Shown here: piece after piece, positions 17,917-27,822 of the stretch
How positions within the stretch are numbered: position 1 is the first letter of the stretch
How the letters are laid out: each line of letters opens with the position of its first letter
DNA from: Dehalococcoidia bacterium
Lineage (GTDB): Bacteria > Chloroflexota > Dehalococcoidia > SM23-28-2
DNA length: 64,000 nt
Direction of reading: 5' to 3'
Assembly: GCA_034429995.1 (NCBI GenBank)
Contig: DAOUEZ010000007.1
Span: 9,362-73,361, forward strand
Position numbers and translations under genes: made by a program
Notes under the pieces: generated by a model
What the model was told of the DNA's origin: nothing
Database searches by the model: none
Seen by the model: the letters and a program-made list of their open reading frames with translations, nothing else

Positions 17917-20850
17917 CTACGCCGGAGGCGTATGCCTCTGGCATAAGGACTCTTTAACCAACGGCTCCACTAGAGCGAGGGCTTCGTCCACCTTGCCGGC
18001 ATCGGTGCCGCCGCCCTGGGCCATCTCGGAACGGCCACCGCCACCGCCGCCGGCAGCCGAGGCCACCCGCTTGAGGATGTGGCCGGCATGGAGGCCGCGC
18101 TTCACCAGGTCGGGGGTGACCATGGCCATGAAGGCCGGCCGACCGTTGAGCACTGTCCCCAGAACGACGACGGCGGAGCCCAGGCGATGGCGCAGCACGT
18201 CGCCCATGTGGCGCAGGGCGTCCTGGCTGGGGGCATCGACCCGCGCCGCCAGCACAGAGACGCCGTCCACCGTCTCCGCCTTGCCGACAAGGGCCTCAGC
18301 GGCAGGAGCAGCCAGCGCTCGCTCCAGCGCTTGCACTCGCTTGCGCTCGCTGTCCAGATCCGAAACGAGGGAGGCCGCCTTGGATTCCAGGTCGGCCGGG
18401 GCGGACCCCAGGCGGCGACTGGCGCTCTCCAGGGCGGCTAGTTGCTCCTGGACGTAGGCCTCAGCGCCGCGGCCAGTAATGGCCTCGATGCGGCGCATTC
18501 CCGCGCCGATGCTGCTCTCCCCTACGATGAGGAACAGCCCTATCTGGCCGGTGGCCGAGCAGTGGGTGCCACCACATAGCTCGCCGCTGAAGCGCTCGCC
18601 GTCCTCCTTCGTCTCCACCACCCGCACCTGGTCGCCGTACTTCTCGTCGAAGAAGGCAAGCACCCCCTCGTCCATAGCGGCGTCGAAGCTGGAGAGGCGG
18701 GTGGTCACCGGCAGGTCAGCCCGAATCTTCTCGTTCACTATTCGCTGGATCTCCGCCAGCTCCTCCGGTTTGAGGGCCTCGATGTGGGTGAAGTCGAAGC
18801 GCAGGCGGTCGGGGGCCACCAGCGAGCCCGCCTGGCGGACGCGGCTGCCCAGCACCCGCCGCAGGGCGGCGTGGAGGAGGTGGGTGGCGGTGTGATTGCG
18901 CATTATGTCGCGGCGGCGGGCCTCGTCCACCCGAGCGACCACGGCGTCGTTGACGGCGATGCGTCCCTCCACTACGCGGCCGCTGTGGACGATGAGCTTC
19001 TCGGCCGGCCGGTGAGTGTCGTCCACCTGGACGCGACCGTGAGGGCCGACTATCTCCCCCCTATCGCCCACCTGGCCGCCGGCCTCGCCGTAGAAGGGCG
19101 TCTCGCGCAGGATGACCTCCACCGCCTCTCCCTCCGAGGCGCTCTCGGCCTGGCCACCGTCTTTCAGCAGGCCGACGACGGTGGTCTTGGCGGTGAGCGT
19201 CTCGTAGCCCACGAATTCGGTTTGCAGGGCGGGGATCTTCCGCGCGTGGAGGGTGCCCGTCGGCCTGATGGCGCCCCCGACCTGAACCTGCCTGGCCGCG
19301 CGCGCCCGCTCCCGCTGCGCCTCCATCAGTTCTTCGAAGCCCTCCTCGTCGATGGTGAAGCCGCGCTCGCCGGCGATCTCGCGGGTCAACTCCATCGGGA
19401 AGCCGTAGGTGTCATGGAGAGTGAACGGTATTTCCCCAGGCAGGTGGAGGAACGGGAAGTCCTTGAAGCTGTTCTCAGCGACTGCCTGCTTGATCGGGTC
19501 GACGTTGGCCTGCTCCACGTAGGGATGCACCGGGAAGTTTGACAGGAAGTCGTCTACATTGTGTGCTAGTGCGTCGGGCTTAACGCTATTGAGCAGCTCC
19601 TGCACACCCTCGCGTATCTCGAAGGTTTGCCGCAAGATGAGTTCGCCGGTCTCCAGAGTGCCTCTGAACCCTTCCTCCTCCTGCCCAAGCAGCCGCAGCG
19701 CGAAGCCCCGTTGCTCGATTAGCTCGGGGTAAGCTTGGCCCATGGTGTCCACAACGGCCTCGGCCACGCGTGGTAAAAGGGTCTCACCCGCCCGGTAGCG
19801 CCGTAGCCGTCCAGAGCCCACGTCGCGCAGTACCGCTGCTCCTCGTGAGGGATCCCAAGCCACAGTGTGATCTGCTATACCCGTGTAGAGCAACTTCAGA
19901 GCGTAGTACTCAGCTCGCCTAATGATCCGCCGCACGGCGTAGCCCCGCTCCTCGTTGCTCGGCAGCACCGGCGTCTTGTCGTCGCCGATCAGGAACACCG
20001 CCGCCCGCGTGTGCTCCGCCACGATCCGCATCGCCCGGTCGGTCGCCTCGTCCTCGCCGTAGCGGCGGCCGCTCAGCTCCTCCACCCGCCGGATGATCGG
20101 AGCGAAGAGGTCGGTCTCGTAGACCGAGCCCTTGCCCTGAAGCACGACCGCCGTTCGCTCCAGGCCCATGCCGGTGTCGATGTTCTTAGCCGGCAGGAGG
20201 GTGCGCGAGCCGTCGGCGTCCTGGAAGTAGGTCGTGAACACCAGGTTCCATATCTCCAGGAAGCGCCCGCACTCCACCGCCGGGTGGCACTGGTCGCGCT
20301 GGCACTCGGGGCAACCGGGCGTGGGGCCAAGGTCGTAGTGGAGCTCGCTGCACGGCCCACAGGGGCCCACCGGGCCGCAGAACCAGTAGTTGTGCTCCTC
20401 GCCGTAGCGCATGATGCGCTCGGCGGGCACGCCCACCTTGCGCCACAGGTCGAAGGCCTCGTCGTCGTCGAGGTAGACGGCGGCCCACAGGCGCTCCTTG
20501 GGTATCGCGAACCAGTTCTTGTCGGTCACCAGCTCCCAGGCCCAGGGGATGGCCTTCTCCTTGAAGTAATCGCCGATGCTGAAGTTGCCCAGCATCTCGA
20601 AGAAGGTGAGGTGAGCGGTGTCGCCCACCGAATCGATGTCGCTGGTGCGAAAGCACTTCTGCACGGAGGCCAGGCGAGGCGCCGGCGGGGTGGCTCGACC
20701 CTCGAAGTAGGGCTTGAACTGGACCATGCCGGCGCCGGTGAACAGCAGGGTGGGGTCGCCCAGGGGCACCAGGGGCGCGCTGGGCATCACCTTGTGCTCG
20801 CGCTCCTCGAAGAAGCGCAGGAAAGTATCGCGGATCTGTTGGCTGTCCAT
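17917..20850 (-). CDS. alaS: Alanine--tRNA ligase (with two internal insertions)
   Basis: DPTLLFTGAGM, HLTFFEMLGNFS, IDTGMGLER, DTYGFP, HTATHLL, ELCGGTH, GGGGGR. Confidence 0.97.
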   Translation of the reverse strand: MDSQQIRDTFLRFFEEREHKVMPSAPLVPLGDPTLLFTGAGMVQFKPYFEGRATPPAPRLASVQKCFRTSDIDSVGDTAHLTFFEMLGNFSIGDYFKEKAIPWAWELVTDKNWFAIPKERLWAAVYLDDDEAFDLWRKVGVPAERIMRYGEEHNYWFCGPVGPCGPCSELHYDLGPTPGCPECQRDQCHPAVECGRFLEIWNLVFTTYFQDADGSRTLLPAKNIDTGMGLERTAVVLQGKGSVYETDLFAPIIRRVEELSGRRYGEDEATDRAMRIVAEHTRAAVFLIGDDKTPVLPSNEERGYAVRRIIRRAEYYALKLLYTGIADHTVAWDPSRGAAVLRDVGSGRLRRYRAGETLLPRVAEAVVDTMGQAYPELIEQRGFALRLLGQEEEGFRGTLETGELILRQTFEIREGVQELLNSVKPDALAHNVDDFLSNFPVHPYVEQANVDPIKQAVAENSFKDFPFLHLPGEIPFTLHDTYGFPMELTREIAGERGFTIDEEGFEELMEAQRERARAARQVQVGGAIRPTGTLHARKIPALQTEFVGYETLTAKTTVVGLLKDGGQAESASEGEAVEVILRETPFYGEAGGQVGDRGEIVGPHGRVQVDDTHRPAEKLIVHSGRVVEGRIAVNDAVVARVDEARRRDIMRNHTATHLLHAALRRVLGSRVRQAGSLVAPDRLRFDFTHIEALKPEELAEIQRIVNEKIRADLPVTTRLSSFDAAMDEGVLAFFDEKYGDQVRVVETKEDGERFSGELCGGTHCSATGQIGLFLIVGESSIGAGMRRIEAITGRGAEAYVQEQLAALESASRRLGSAPADLESKAASLVSDLDSERKRVQALERALAAPAAEALVGKAETVDGVSVLAARVDAPSQDALRHMGDVLRHRLGSAVVVLGTVLNGRPAFMAMVTPDLVKRGLHAGHILKRVASAAGGGGGGRSEMAQGGGTDAGKVDEALALVEPLVKESLCQRHTPPA

Positions 20851-20950
20851 ATTGAAAACACTCGCCTGCCGACGAGGCAGGCCTGCCTAGCGAGGCGTGA
20901 GTGGATTATAGCACGCCTGCCTGCCAGCGGGCAGGTGGGGAGCATGCGCC

Positions 20951-20979
20951 TTGACAGCCTGGGGCTTTATGGCTAGTAT
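20951..20979 (+). promoter_or_regulatory. Near-consensus sigma70 promoter, divergent from alaS
   Basis: TTGACA-N17-TAGTAT. Confidence 0.6.
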
Positions 20980-21247
20980 TGTAAGAGAGTGCGGCGCCGT
21001 TGCCGGCGGGATGAGAGAGCGGCAGCGGCGTAGCAGTAAAGAAGGTTGTAGTTCTTGGACGCTGAAGAAGAGGACCCGCCGTCAGGCGATAAACCTAGTC
21101 CCTGCGGCTTGTTCCTTGGTTCGCCCAAACCTCTCGACGCTCTCCCCTGCCAGACCCCGCGCGTCCCGCCTAGTCCACGCCTATCGTGCTATCTTCGCTC
21201 CGCCCTGCCTTTTTCGTGGTTAGTATAGGATTTACCCCTTCGAGCAG

Positions 21248-22129
21248 GTGATGGCAAGAACAAGGACGACGACAGCACATCCCTCCGGCGAGGCGATTCG
21301 GCTGGGGCTTCAGGTCAAGAGGTTGGCCACAGAGCTGGGCCTGGAGCTTACGCCCTCGTTGCGAGCCCAGCTCAAGCAGGCCATTGCCCAGGACGGCTAC
21401 GCAGCAGCCAGGGAACGAGTAATCGAGGCCCTATCGCAGCCGCGGGCGCAGACTCTGGTGCGGCAGCGTCTCTGCCAGAGGCTGATGCTGGCGGGAGTTA
21501 CCATCGTAGACCCGGCCACCACCTACATCGAGGACAGCGTTGCCGTGGACGCCCAGACCGTCATCCACCCCAATACCGTTATCTCCGGCCGCACACGCAT
21601 CGGCAGAGCCTGCAAGATCGGCCCCAACACCATCGTCAGCGACTCCACTATCGGCGACCGCTGTCGCGTTGTGGCCTCGCTGGTGGAGGGAGCAGTGCTG
21701 GAGGACGACGTGGGTGTAGGGCCCTTCAGCCACCTGCGGTCGGGCACCTATCTGGCCAGCGGTGCGTACGTAGGGAACTTCGCTGAGGTGAAGAAGTCCC
21801 GCCTGGGCCAGGGTGCCAAGATGGGCCACTTTGGCTACGTGGGCGATGCCCAGGTGAGCGACGAGGTGAACATCGGAGCGGGGACGGTCACCTGCAACTT
21901 CGACGGGGTGAGCAAGCACCGCACGATTATCGGTCAGGGAGCCTTCATCGGTAGCGATACGATGCTGGTGGCGCCGGTGCGGGTGGGCGAGGGCGCCTCT
22001 ACCGGCGCCGGTTCGGTGGTGAATCGAGACGTGCCGCCGGATACAGTGGTGGTGGGGATGCCGGCTCGCATTCGGCGGAAGCGGAGGTCTCGCCGAAAGG
22101 GAAGGGTGGCGAGAGAGCGTGGAGAATAG
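21248..22129 (+). CDS. GlmU-like glucosamine-1-phosphate N-acetyltransferase domain (left-handed beta-helix) lacking the uridyltransferase domain
   Basis: GVTIVDPATTYI, VGPFSHLR, GNFAEVKKS, GHFGYVGDA, NIGAGTVTCNFDG and FIGSDTMLVAPV match the C-terminal half of GlmU. The N-terminal ~75 aa are unrelated. Confidence 0.85.
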   Translation: MMARTRTTTAHPSGEAIRLGLQVKRLATELGLELTPSLRAQLKQAIAQDGYAAARERVIEALSQPRAQTLVRQRLCQRLMLAGVTIVDPATTYIEDSVAVDAQTVIHPNTVISGRTRIGRACKIGPNTIVSDSTIGDRCRVVASLVEGAVLEDDVGVGPFSHLRSGTYLASGAYVGNFAEVKKSRLGQGAKMGHFGYVGDAQVSDEVNIGAGTVTCNFDGVSKHRTIIGQGAFIGSDTMLVAPVRVGEGASTGAGSVVNRDVPPDTVVVGMPARIRRKRRSRRKGRVARERGE

Positions 22130-23411
22130 TAGCTGGCCCGGGGTGGTGCTCCTAGTGGGCGCTGTTGTTCTGCTGGCCCTGGTGACGGCGGCGGAGGCGG
22201 CACTCGTCTCCAGCAGTCGCGCTCGCCTGCGCCTGCTGGCTGGGAAAGGAGCGTCACGATCGCAGATCCTGACGGGCTACCTCCAAGAAAGGCACACCGT
22301 TTATTCATCCCTGACTCTCGCTCGCAACCTGGCCCTCGTTGGCAGCACCGCTATTGTCGTCTACATCGTTTTGAACGAGGTCGGCCTGAACTGGGCTGTC
22401 CTGGCTGTCACCTTCTTCGTTGCCCTCGCTGGCCTGGCAGTGATTCAGGCCGTACCGCGACTGGTGGTCTCCCGCAATCCTCAGAAGTGGGCGGCCTATT
22501 TGACTCCTTTTGTCGATTTAGTTAGGCTGCTTTTCCGCCTGCCCTCCGCTGCCCTAGACCTGCCGGCGCGTGCCCTCCTTCGCTGGCGAAGGCTAGGGGC
22601 ACAAGGCACAGATCCGCCGGACGAGACGGAGGAGCTATTGCGCCTGCTAGAGATGGAGGAGAGCGCAGGCCTGATCGACGAAGACGAGAGGAAGATGATC
22701 CGCAGGGTCATGGCTTTGGAGGAGACCACCGCCCGCGAGATCATGGTGCCCCGTATCGATATCGTGGCCGTGCCCGGTGACAGCAGCTTCGAGGATGTCG
22801 CTCGCGTGATCGTCGAGCGGGGTTACAGCCGTATCCCCGTCTTCGAGGACACCATCGACAACATCGTCGGCGTGGTCTACGCCCGCGCGGTGCTGGACTA
22901 TCTGGCTAACAGTGCCAAGCCGGCCGACATCAAGGCCATGGCCCGCCCTCCCTATTTCGTCCCCGAGAGCAAGAAGGTGGACGAGCTGCTGACCGAGATG
23001 CGGCGGAACAAGCTGTCCATAGCCATCGTGGTGGACGAATACGGCGGCACCGCCGGCCTGGTGACCATCGAGGACCTCGTCGAGGAGATCGTGGGTGAGA
23101 TTGCCGACGAGTTCGATGTGGAAGAGGAGCCTATCCATCGCGTCAGCGAGAGCGAGGCCATTCTGGACGCCCGGGTGAGCATCGATGCCCTCCAGGAGCT
23201 GTTCGGTGTGCAGGTGGAGGAGGGCGACTTCGACACCGTGGGCGGCTTCGTGTTCAACCATCTGGGCAAGATGCCCTCCGTCGGCGAGGAGATCACGGTG
23301 GACGGCCTGGTCGTGCGCGTCCTCTCCGTCAGCGGCCGCCGCATCAAGCGCCTGCGGGTGATCAAGGAGGAGCCTCCCCCTCCCGCGGACGGCGGCAAGG
23401 AAGAGAAATAG
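22119..23411 (+). CDS. Hemolysin-family CNNM + CBS + CorC transporter-associated protein
   Basis: N-terminal TM helices, AREIMVPRIDIV, YSRIPV, VVDEYGGTAGLVTIEDLVEEIVGEI. Confidence 0.92.
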   Translation: MENSSWPGVVLLVGAVVLLALVTAAEAALVSSSRARLRLLAGKGASRSQILTGYLQERHTVYSSLTLARNLALVGSTAIVVYIVLNEVGLNWAVLAVTFFVALAGLAVIQAVPRLVVSRNPQKWAAYLTPFVDLVRLLFRLPSAALDLPARALLRWRRLGAQGTDPPDETEELLRLLEMEESAGLIDEDERKMIRRVMALEETTAREIMVPRIDIVAVPGDSSFEDVARVIVERGYSRIPVFEDTIDNIVGVVYARAVLDYLANSAKPADIKAMARPPYFVPESKKVDELLTEMRRNKLSIAIVVDEYGGTAGLVTIEDLVEEIVGEIADEFDVEEEPIHRVSESEAILDARVSIDALQELFGVQVEEGDFDTVGGFVFNHLGKMPSVGEEITVDGLVVRVLSVSGRRIKRLRVIKEEPPPPADGGKEEK

Positions 23412-23578
23412 TCCCGCCTCGCTCCCTTCGGCTTGCAGCTCTCATCATAGCTCTGGCTACCCGCCCGGATGAAGCCCCGCCATGCAATTGCCGCAAAAGA
23501 AATGGTCGTGGGGGGGGTGACAGGGTGTCTTGGGGCGGGGAGTACAATGAGCGGGCAGGGTAGTGGAGGTGGCGAGCA

Positions 23579-24238
23579 ATGAGTAAGCGGCTTATTGTGG
23601 GAATCCTCGTGGCTGTTGTGGCCTGCGGCATTACCGTCGGCGCCGTGGTGGTCGCAAGCCAGGGAGATGAGCCCCCGGAGGGCGTTTCCGACATCATCCT
23701 GGAGCGGGAACAGGCCAGGCAGGAAGAGGAGGCCAAACCCAGGTTCGAGGGGATGGTGAACGGCATCCGCCTGTACCCGACGAATGCCGAGCCCGCCGTT
23801 TACCGCGAGTCGGCCTGCAACTACGTCAAGTCTGAAGAGCGCGAATACGTCACCATGAGCGAGGTCGCCGGGACGCCCATGGAGATCACCCCCACCTACC
23901 TCCCCACCGGCGCTGAGGAGACCTCCCCCATGTGGCCGCCTATGATCTGCAAGGGGATATTGGCTAGCGTCGAACGGCAGTGGGTCATCCGCGACGAAGG
24001 AGTGCATTTCTTCATCGCTCGCCGTCAGGGGGAGCATGCTGCCGACACCACCGCCTCAGCCGACAGGATATCGGCAGCAACGATCGCCGGCAAGCCGGCG
24101 GTACTTGTGGAGCCCATTACCCCCGATGGGTACGGTCACTCCATAGTTATCGTGGCCGAGGACTTCGGCATCACCCTGGTTGTCGCCGACGGTTTGCCGC
24201 TGCAGGAGACGGTGAAGATAGCGGAAGGGCTCTACTAG
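23579..24238 (+). CDS. Hypothetical secreted/membrane-anchored protein
   Basis: Hydrophobic N-terminal signal or anchor (KRLIVGILVAVVACGITVGAVVVA) and RBS GGAGGT; family not recognised. Confidence 0.7.
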   Translation: MSKRLIVGILVAVVACGITVGAVVVASQGDEPPEGVSDIILEREQARQEEEAKPRFEGMVNGIRLYPTNAEPAVYRESACNYVKSEEREYVTMSEVAGTPMEITPTYLPTGAEETSPMWPPMICKGILASVERQWVIRDEGVHFFIARRQGEHAADTTASADRISAATIAGKPAVLVEPITPDGYGHSIVIVAEDFGITLVVADGLPLQETVKIAEGLY

Positions 24239-24336
24239 ATGACCAGGCCGCTGGTCTCCGCGACGGCACCCTGAACATCCTCGACGTGCTCGTGTACAGC
24301 AACGACGATATGGGCAAGACCTGCACCAACCCCTAG
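24238..24336 (+). pseudogene. Orphan 3' gene remnant with dockerin/EF-hand-like motif
   Basis: The frame reads DDQAAGLRDGTLNILDVLVYSNDDMGKTCTNP-stop with no usable start. Confidence 0.45.
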
Positions 24337-24402
24337 GGACGGCCACGGCCTAGCGCCCTCTCCTTTGTTTTTCCCCAGGCCCATGCTACAATTGTGCCGC
24401 TT

Positions 24403-25521
24403 ATGGCCGACCAAGCGAACGATATTCAGTACTGGGTGGCTTTCAACCGCATACCCGGCATCGGGCGGGCGCGCTACTCCCTCCTGGAGAAGCACTTCGG
24501 CCGCCTGGAGAACGCCTGGACGGCCACCCCCGCCGAGCTGCGGGCAGCCGGCCTGGATGAGAAGACGGCGGCGACCATCGTCGCCCAGCGCCCCAAGATC
24601 TCCCCCGAGGCGGAGATGGAGCGCCTGGCCCGTTACGGCGTGCAGGCCATCATCTGGAACGACCCCGCCTATCCGCCGCGCCTCAAGGAGATCTACGACC
24701 TTCCCCCCGTCCTCTACCTACGCGGTGAACTGACCGAGGCCGACGAGTGGGCGCTGGCGGTGGTGGGCACCCGCCGCCCCACTCCCTACGGTCGCCAGGT
24801 GGCCGAACATCTGGCGGCTGACGTCGCCGCTCAGCGGGTAACGATCGTCAGCGGCCTGGCCAGGGGCATCGATTCCATAGCCCATCGAGCGGCCCTGGAT
24901 AGCGGCGGCAGGACGATCGCCGTGATGGCCTGCGGCCTGGACATTGTCTATCCGCCTGAGCACCTCAAGCTGGCCCAGGAGATCCGCGAGCGGGGCGCCC
25001 TGGTGAGCGACTACCCCCTGGGCACTCAGCCGCAGGGCCATTACTTCCCCCGTCGCAATCGCATCATGTCCGGCCTCAGCCTGGGTGTGCTGATGGTGGA
25101 GGGCGACCTGAAGAGCGGCGCCCTGATCACCGCCAGCCTGGCCCTCGAGCAGAATCGGGAGGTGTTCGCCGTGCCGGGCAGCGTCTTCTCCGCTCAGAGC
25201 CGTGGCACCCATCGCCTCATCCAGGAGGGGGCCAAGCTGGTGCAGAACGTTCAGGACATCCTGGAGGAGCTGAACCTGACGATGGTGCCCCAGCAGATGG
25301 AGATGAAGGAGTTGGTTCCCGCCAGCGATACGGAGGCACTCCTCCTGCGTCATATCTCTACGGAGCCTATCCATATCGATGAGGTGCGCCGTCGCAGCGG
25401 CCTGCCCATCGCAGCCGTGAGCAGCGCTCTGGCCATGCTGGAGCTGAAGGGCCTGGTGCGTCAGATGGGCCCCATGAGCTACGTGCGTACTCGCGAGGCT
25501 GGCGCGGTCTACGGAACATGA
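24403..25521 (+). CDS. dprA: DNA-processing protein DprA
   Basis: YPPRLKEIYDLPPVLY, AVVGTRRPT, SGLARGID, FPRRNRIMSGLS, EQNREVFAVPG. Confidence 0.96.
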   Translation: MADQANDIQYWVAFNRIPGIGRARYSLLEKHFGRLENAWTATPAELRAAGLDEKTAATIVAQRPKISPEAEMERLARYGVQAIIWNDPAYPPRLKEIYDLPPVLYLRGELTEADEWALAVVGTRRPTPYGRQVAEHLAADVAAQRVTIVSGLARGIDSIAHRAALDSGGRTIAVMACGLDIVYPPEHLKLAQEIRERGALVSDYPLGTQPQGHYFPRRNRIMSGLSLGVLMVEGDLKSGALITASLALEQNREVFAVPGSVFSAQSRGTHRLIQEGAKLVQNVQDILEELNLTMVPQQMEMKELVPASDTEALLLRHISTEPIHIDEVRRRSGLPIAAVSSALAMLELKGLVRQMGPMSYVRTREAGAVYGT

Positions 25522-27806
25522 CCCCAGTGGCGAAAAGAGGCAGCAAGAGCCTGGTGGTGGTGGAATCACCCGCCAAGGCTCGTACCGTGGCCAACATCCT
25601 CGGCCGTCAGTACGAGGTGAAGGCCTCCGTTGGCCACGTGCGCGACCTGCCCAAGTCGGCCCTGGGGGTGGATGTCAAGCACGGCTTCGACCCCTACTAT
25701 ATCGTCCCCAAGGAGAAACGGCGGGTCGTGGACGAGATAGCCGCCGCCAGCGAGAGAGCGCAGGCCGTCTTTCTAGCGACCGACCCCGACCGCGAGGGCG
25801 AAGCCATCGCCTGGCACCTGGTGCAGGCGGCCAGCCTGGACGAGGCCTCCCTGAAGCGAGTGGTCTTCCACGAGATCACCCCCCAGGCGGTGCGGGACGC
25901 CTTCCGTCGCCCCCGTGCCATCGATATGCAACTGGTGCAGGCCCAGCAGGCTCGCCGCATCCTCGACCGCCTGGTCGGCTACAACCTGAGCCCCCTTCTC
26001 TGGAAGAAGGTGGCGCGTGGCCTTTCGGCCGGGCGAGTGCAATCGGTGGCCCTGCGCCTGGTGGTGGAACGGGAGAGGGAGGTCCAGGGCTTCGTGCCCA
26101 AGGAATACTGGACCATCGAGGCTCAGCTATCGAAGGGGGATGACCCCCAGAGCTTTCGTGCCAAGCTGACGGCGCTGGCCGGCAAGCGGAAGAAGCTGGA
26201 GATCGGTAGCCAACAAGAGGCTGATCGCCTGGTGCGCCTTCTCCAATCGGCGGCTTACAGCGTGGCCGCCGTCCAGAAGAAGAAACAGGCGCGGCGACCT
26301 TCGCCGCCCTTCATCACCAGCACCCTCCAGCAGGAGGCCGGCCGTCGCTTGGGCTTCGGAGCCCAGAAGACGATGCGCATCGCCCAGCAGCTCTACGAGG
26401 GGCTGGCCATCGGCGAGGAAGGCGAGGTAGGGCTCATCACCTACATGCGCACCGATTCCACTCAGGTTGCCGATTCGGCCAGGGAGGAGACGCGGGCCTA
26501 TATTCGGGAGAAGCTCGGCCAGCCCTACCTGCATCCCTCGCCCCGCGTATACAAGAAGAGAGTGAAGAGGGCCCAGGAGGCCCATGAGGCCATCCGCCCT
26601 ACCTCCACTTACCGCGAGCCGGAGAAGGTTCGGCGCTACCTCAACCGCGACCAGGAGCGTCTGTATACCCTGATTTGGCAGCGTATGGTGGCCAGCCAGA
26701 TGGCCGACGCTCTCTATGACGTCACCACGGTAGACATCGAGGCCAGGCCTTCCCCCGCCCGCGATGTCTACCTCTTTCGGGCCGTCAATACCCAGCTTGC
26801 ATTCCCCGGCTACCGTCATCTCTACACCGAGGCAAGAGAAGAGGGCGAGGAGGAGGACCTGGGCAAGAACCCTCTGCCCGAGCTGGCGGCGGGCGATCTC
26901 CTTCGTCTCCTCGGGCTCTTCCCTGAGCAGCACTTCACCGAGCCGCCTTCTCGCTATACCGAGGGCACCCTGGTCAGGGCTCTGGAGGAGAAGGGCATCG
27001 GTCGGCCCAGCACCTACGCGCCGATCATCGCTACCGTTCAGGGGCGAGGCTACGTGGGAAAGGAGAACGGTCGCCTCAGGCCGCACGGGCTGGGGTTCGT
27101 GGTCAACGATCTGCTGACTACCTACTTCCCCGACATCGTGGACGTGAACTTCACCGCCGAGATGGAGGACGAACTGGACGAGATCGCCCGCGGCGAGAGG
27201 CCCTGGCAGCCGGTGGTGCAGGATTTCTACGCTCCCCTGATGAGAGCCCTGGAGGCCGCCAGCGAAGCGCCGGTGGCTCGTCAGGAGACGAGCGAGGTGT
27301 GCGACCAATGCGGCCGGCCGATGGTCATTCGCTGGAGTAAGCGGGGCCGCTTTCTGGCCTGCTCTGGCTATCCCCAGTGTCGAAACACTCGGCCGCTGGA
27401 AGGCGAGGGGGAGCCTCTGCCTGCCGTCGAGGAGACCTGTCCCCAGTGCGGCTCCCCCATGGTCGCCAAGCGGGGCCGCTATGGGCCCTTCCTGGCCTGC
27501 TCCCGCTATCCTCAGTGCCAGGGCACACGGCCCCTCCTGGTAAAGACGGGCGCTCGCTGCCCCCTGTGCGGCGGCGACGTTGTGGAGAAGCGCAGCCGCC
27601 GCGGCCGTGTCTTCTACGGCTGCGCCAACTACCCTTCGTGCCAGTTCACCACCTGGAGCCGCCCCTTGCCCACGCCCTGCCCTGAGTGCGGCGGCCTGCT
27701 ACTGGCCGCTGGCGAGGGCCGCGCCCGCTGTAGTCAGTGTCGCTGGCGGGGCCAACCGCCGCAGGAGGCGCCTGCGACAACGGACCTGCCGGTAGGCCGG
27801 CGATAG
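25518..27806 (+). CDS. topA: DNA topoisomerase I
   Basis: VVESPAKA, ATDPDREGEAI, SAGRVQS, ITYMRTDS, C-terminal C4 zinc ribbons. Confidence 0.98.
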   Translation: MTPVAKRGSKSLVVVESPAKARTVANILGRQYEVKASVGHVRDLPKSALGVDVKHGFDPYYIVPKEKRRVVDEIAAASERAQAVFLATDPDREGEAIAWHLVQAASLDEASLKRVVFHEITPQAVRDAFRRPRAIDMQLVQAQQARRILDRLVGYNLSPLLWKKVARGLSAGRVQSVALRLVVEREREVQGFVPKEYWTIEAQLSKGDDPQSFRAKLTALAGKRKKLEIGSQQEADRLVRLLQSAAYSVAAVQKKKQARRPSPPFITSTLQQEAGRRLGFGAQKTMRIAQQLYEGLAIGEEGEVGLITYMRTDSTQVADSAREETRAYIREKLGQPYLHPSPRVYKKRVKRAQEAHEAIRPTSTYREPEKVRRYLNRDQERLYTLIWQRMVASQMADALYDVTTVDIEARPSPARDVYLFRAVNTQLAFPGYRHLYTEAREEGEEEDLGKNPLPELAAGDLLRLLGLFPEQHFTEPPSRYTEGTLVRALEEKGIGRPSTYAPIIATVQGRGYVGKENGRLRPHGLGFVVNDLLTTYFPDIVDVNFTAEMEDELDEIARGERPWQPVVQDFYAPLMRALEAASEAPVARQETSEVCDQCGRPMVIRWSKRGRFLACSGYPQCRNTRPLEGEGEPLPAVEETCPQCGSPMVAKRGRYGPFLACSRYPQCQGTRPLLVKTGARCPLCGGDVVEKRSRRGRVFYGCANYPSCQFTTWSRPLPTPCPECGGLLLAAGEGRARCSQCRWRGQPPQEAPATTDLPVGRR

Positions 27807-27822
27807 TCTAGGCAAGAGCGAC

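Noticed and set aside
19444-19887. Inteins in alaS
   Set aside because: The inserts are too short and lack intein terminal residues; they are kept as a finding only as insertions.
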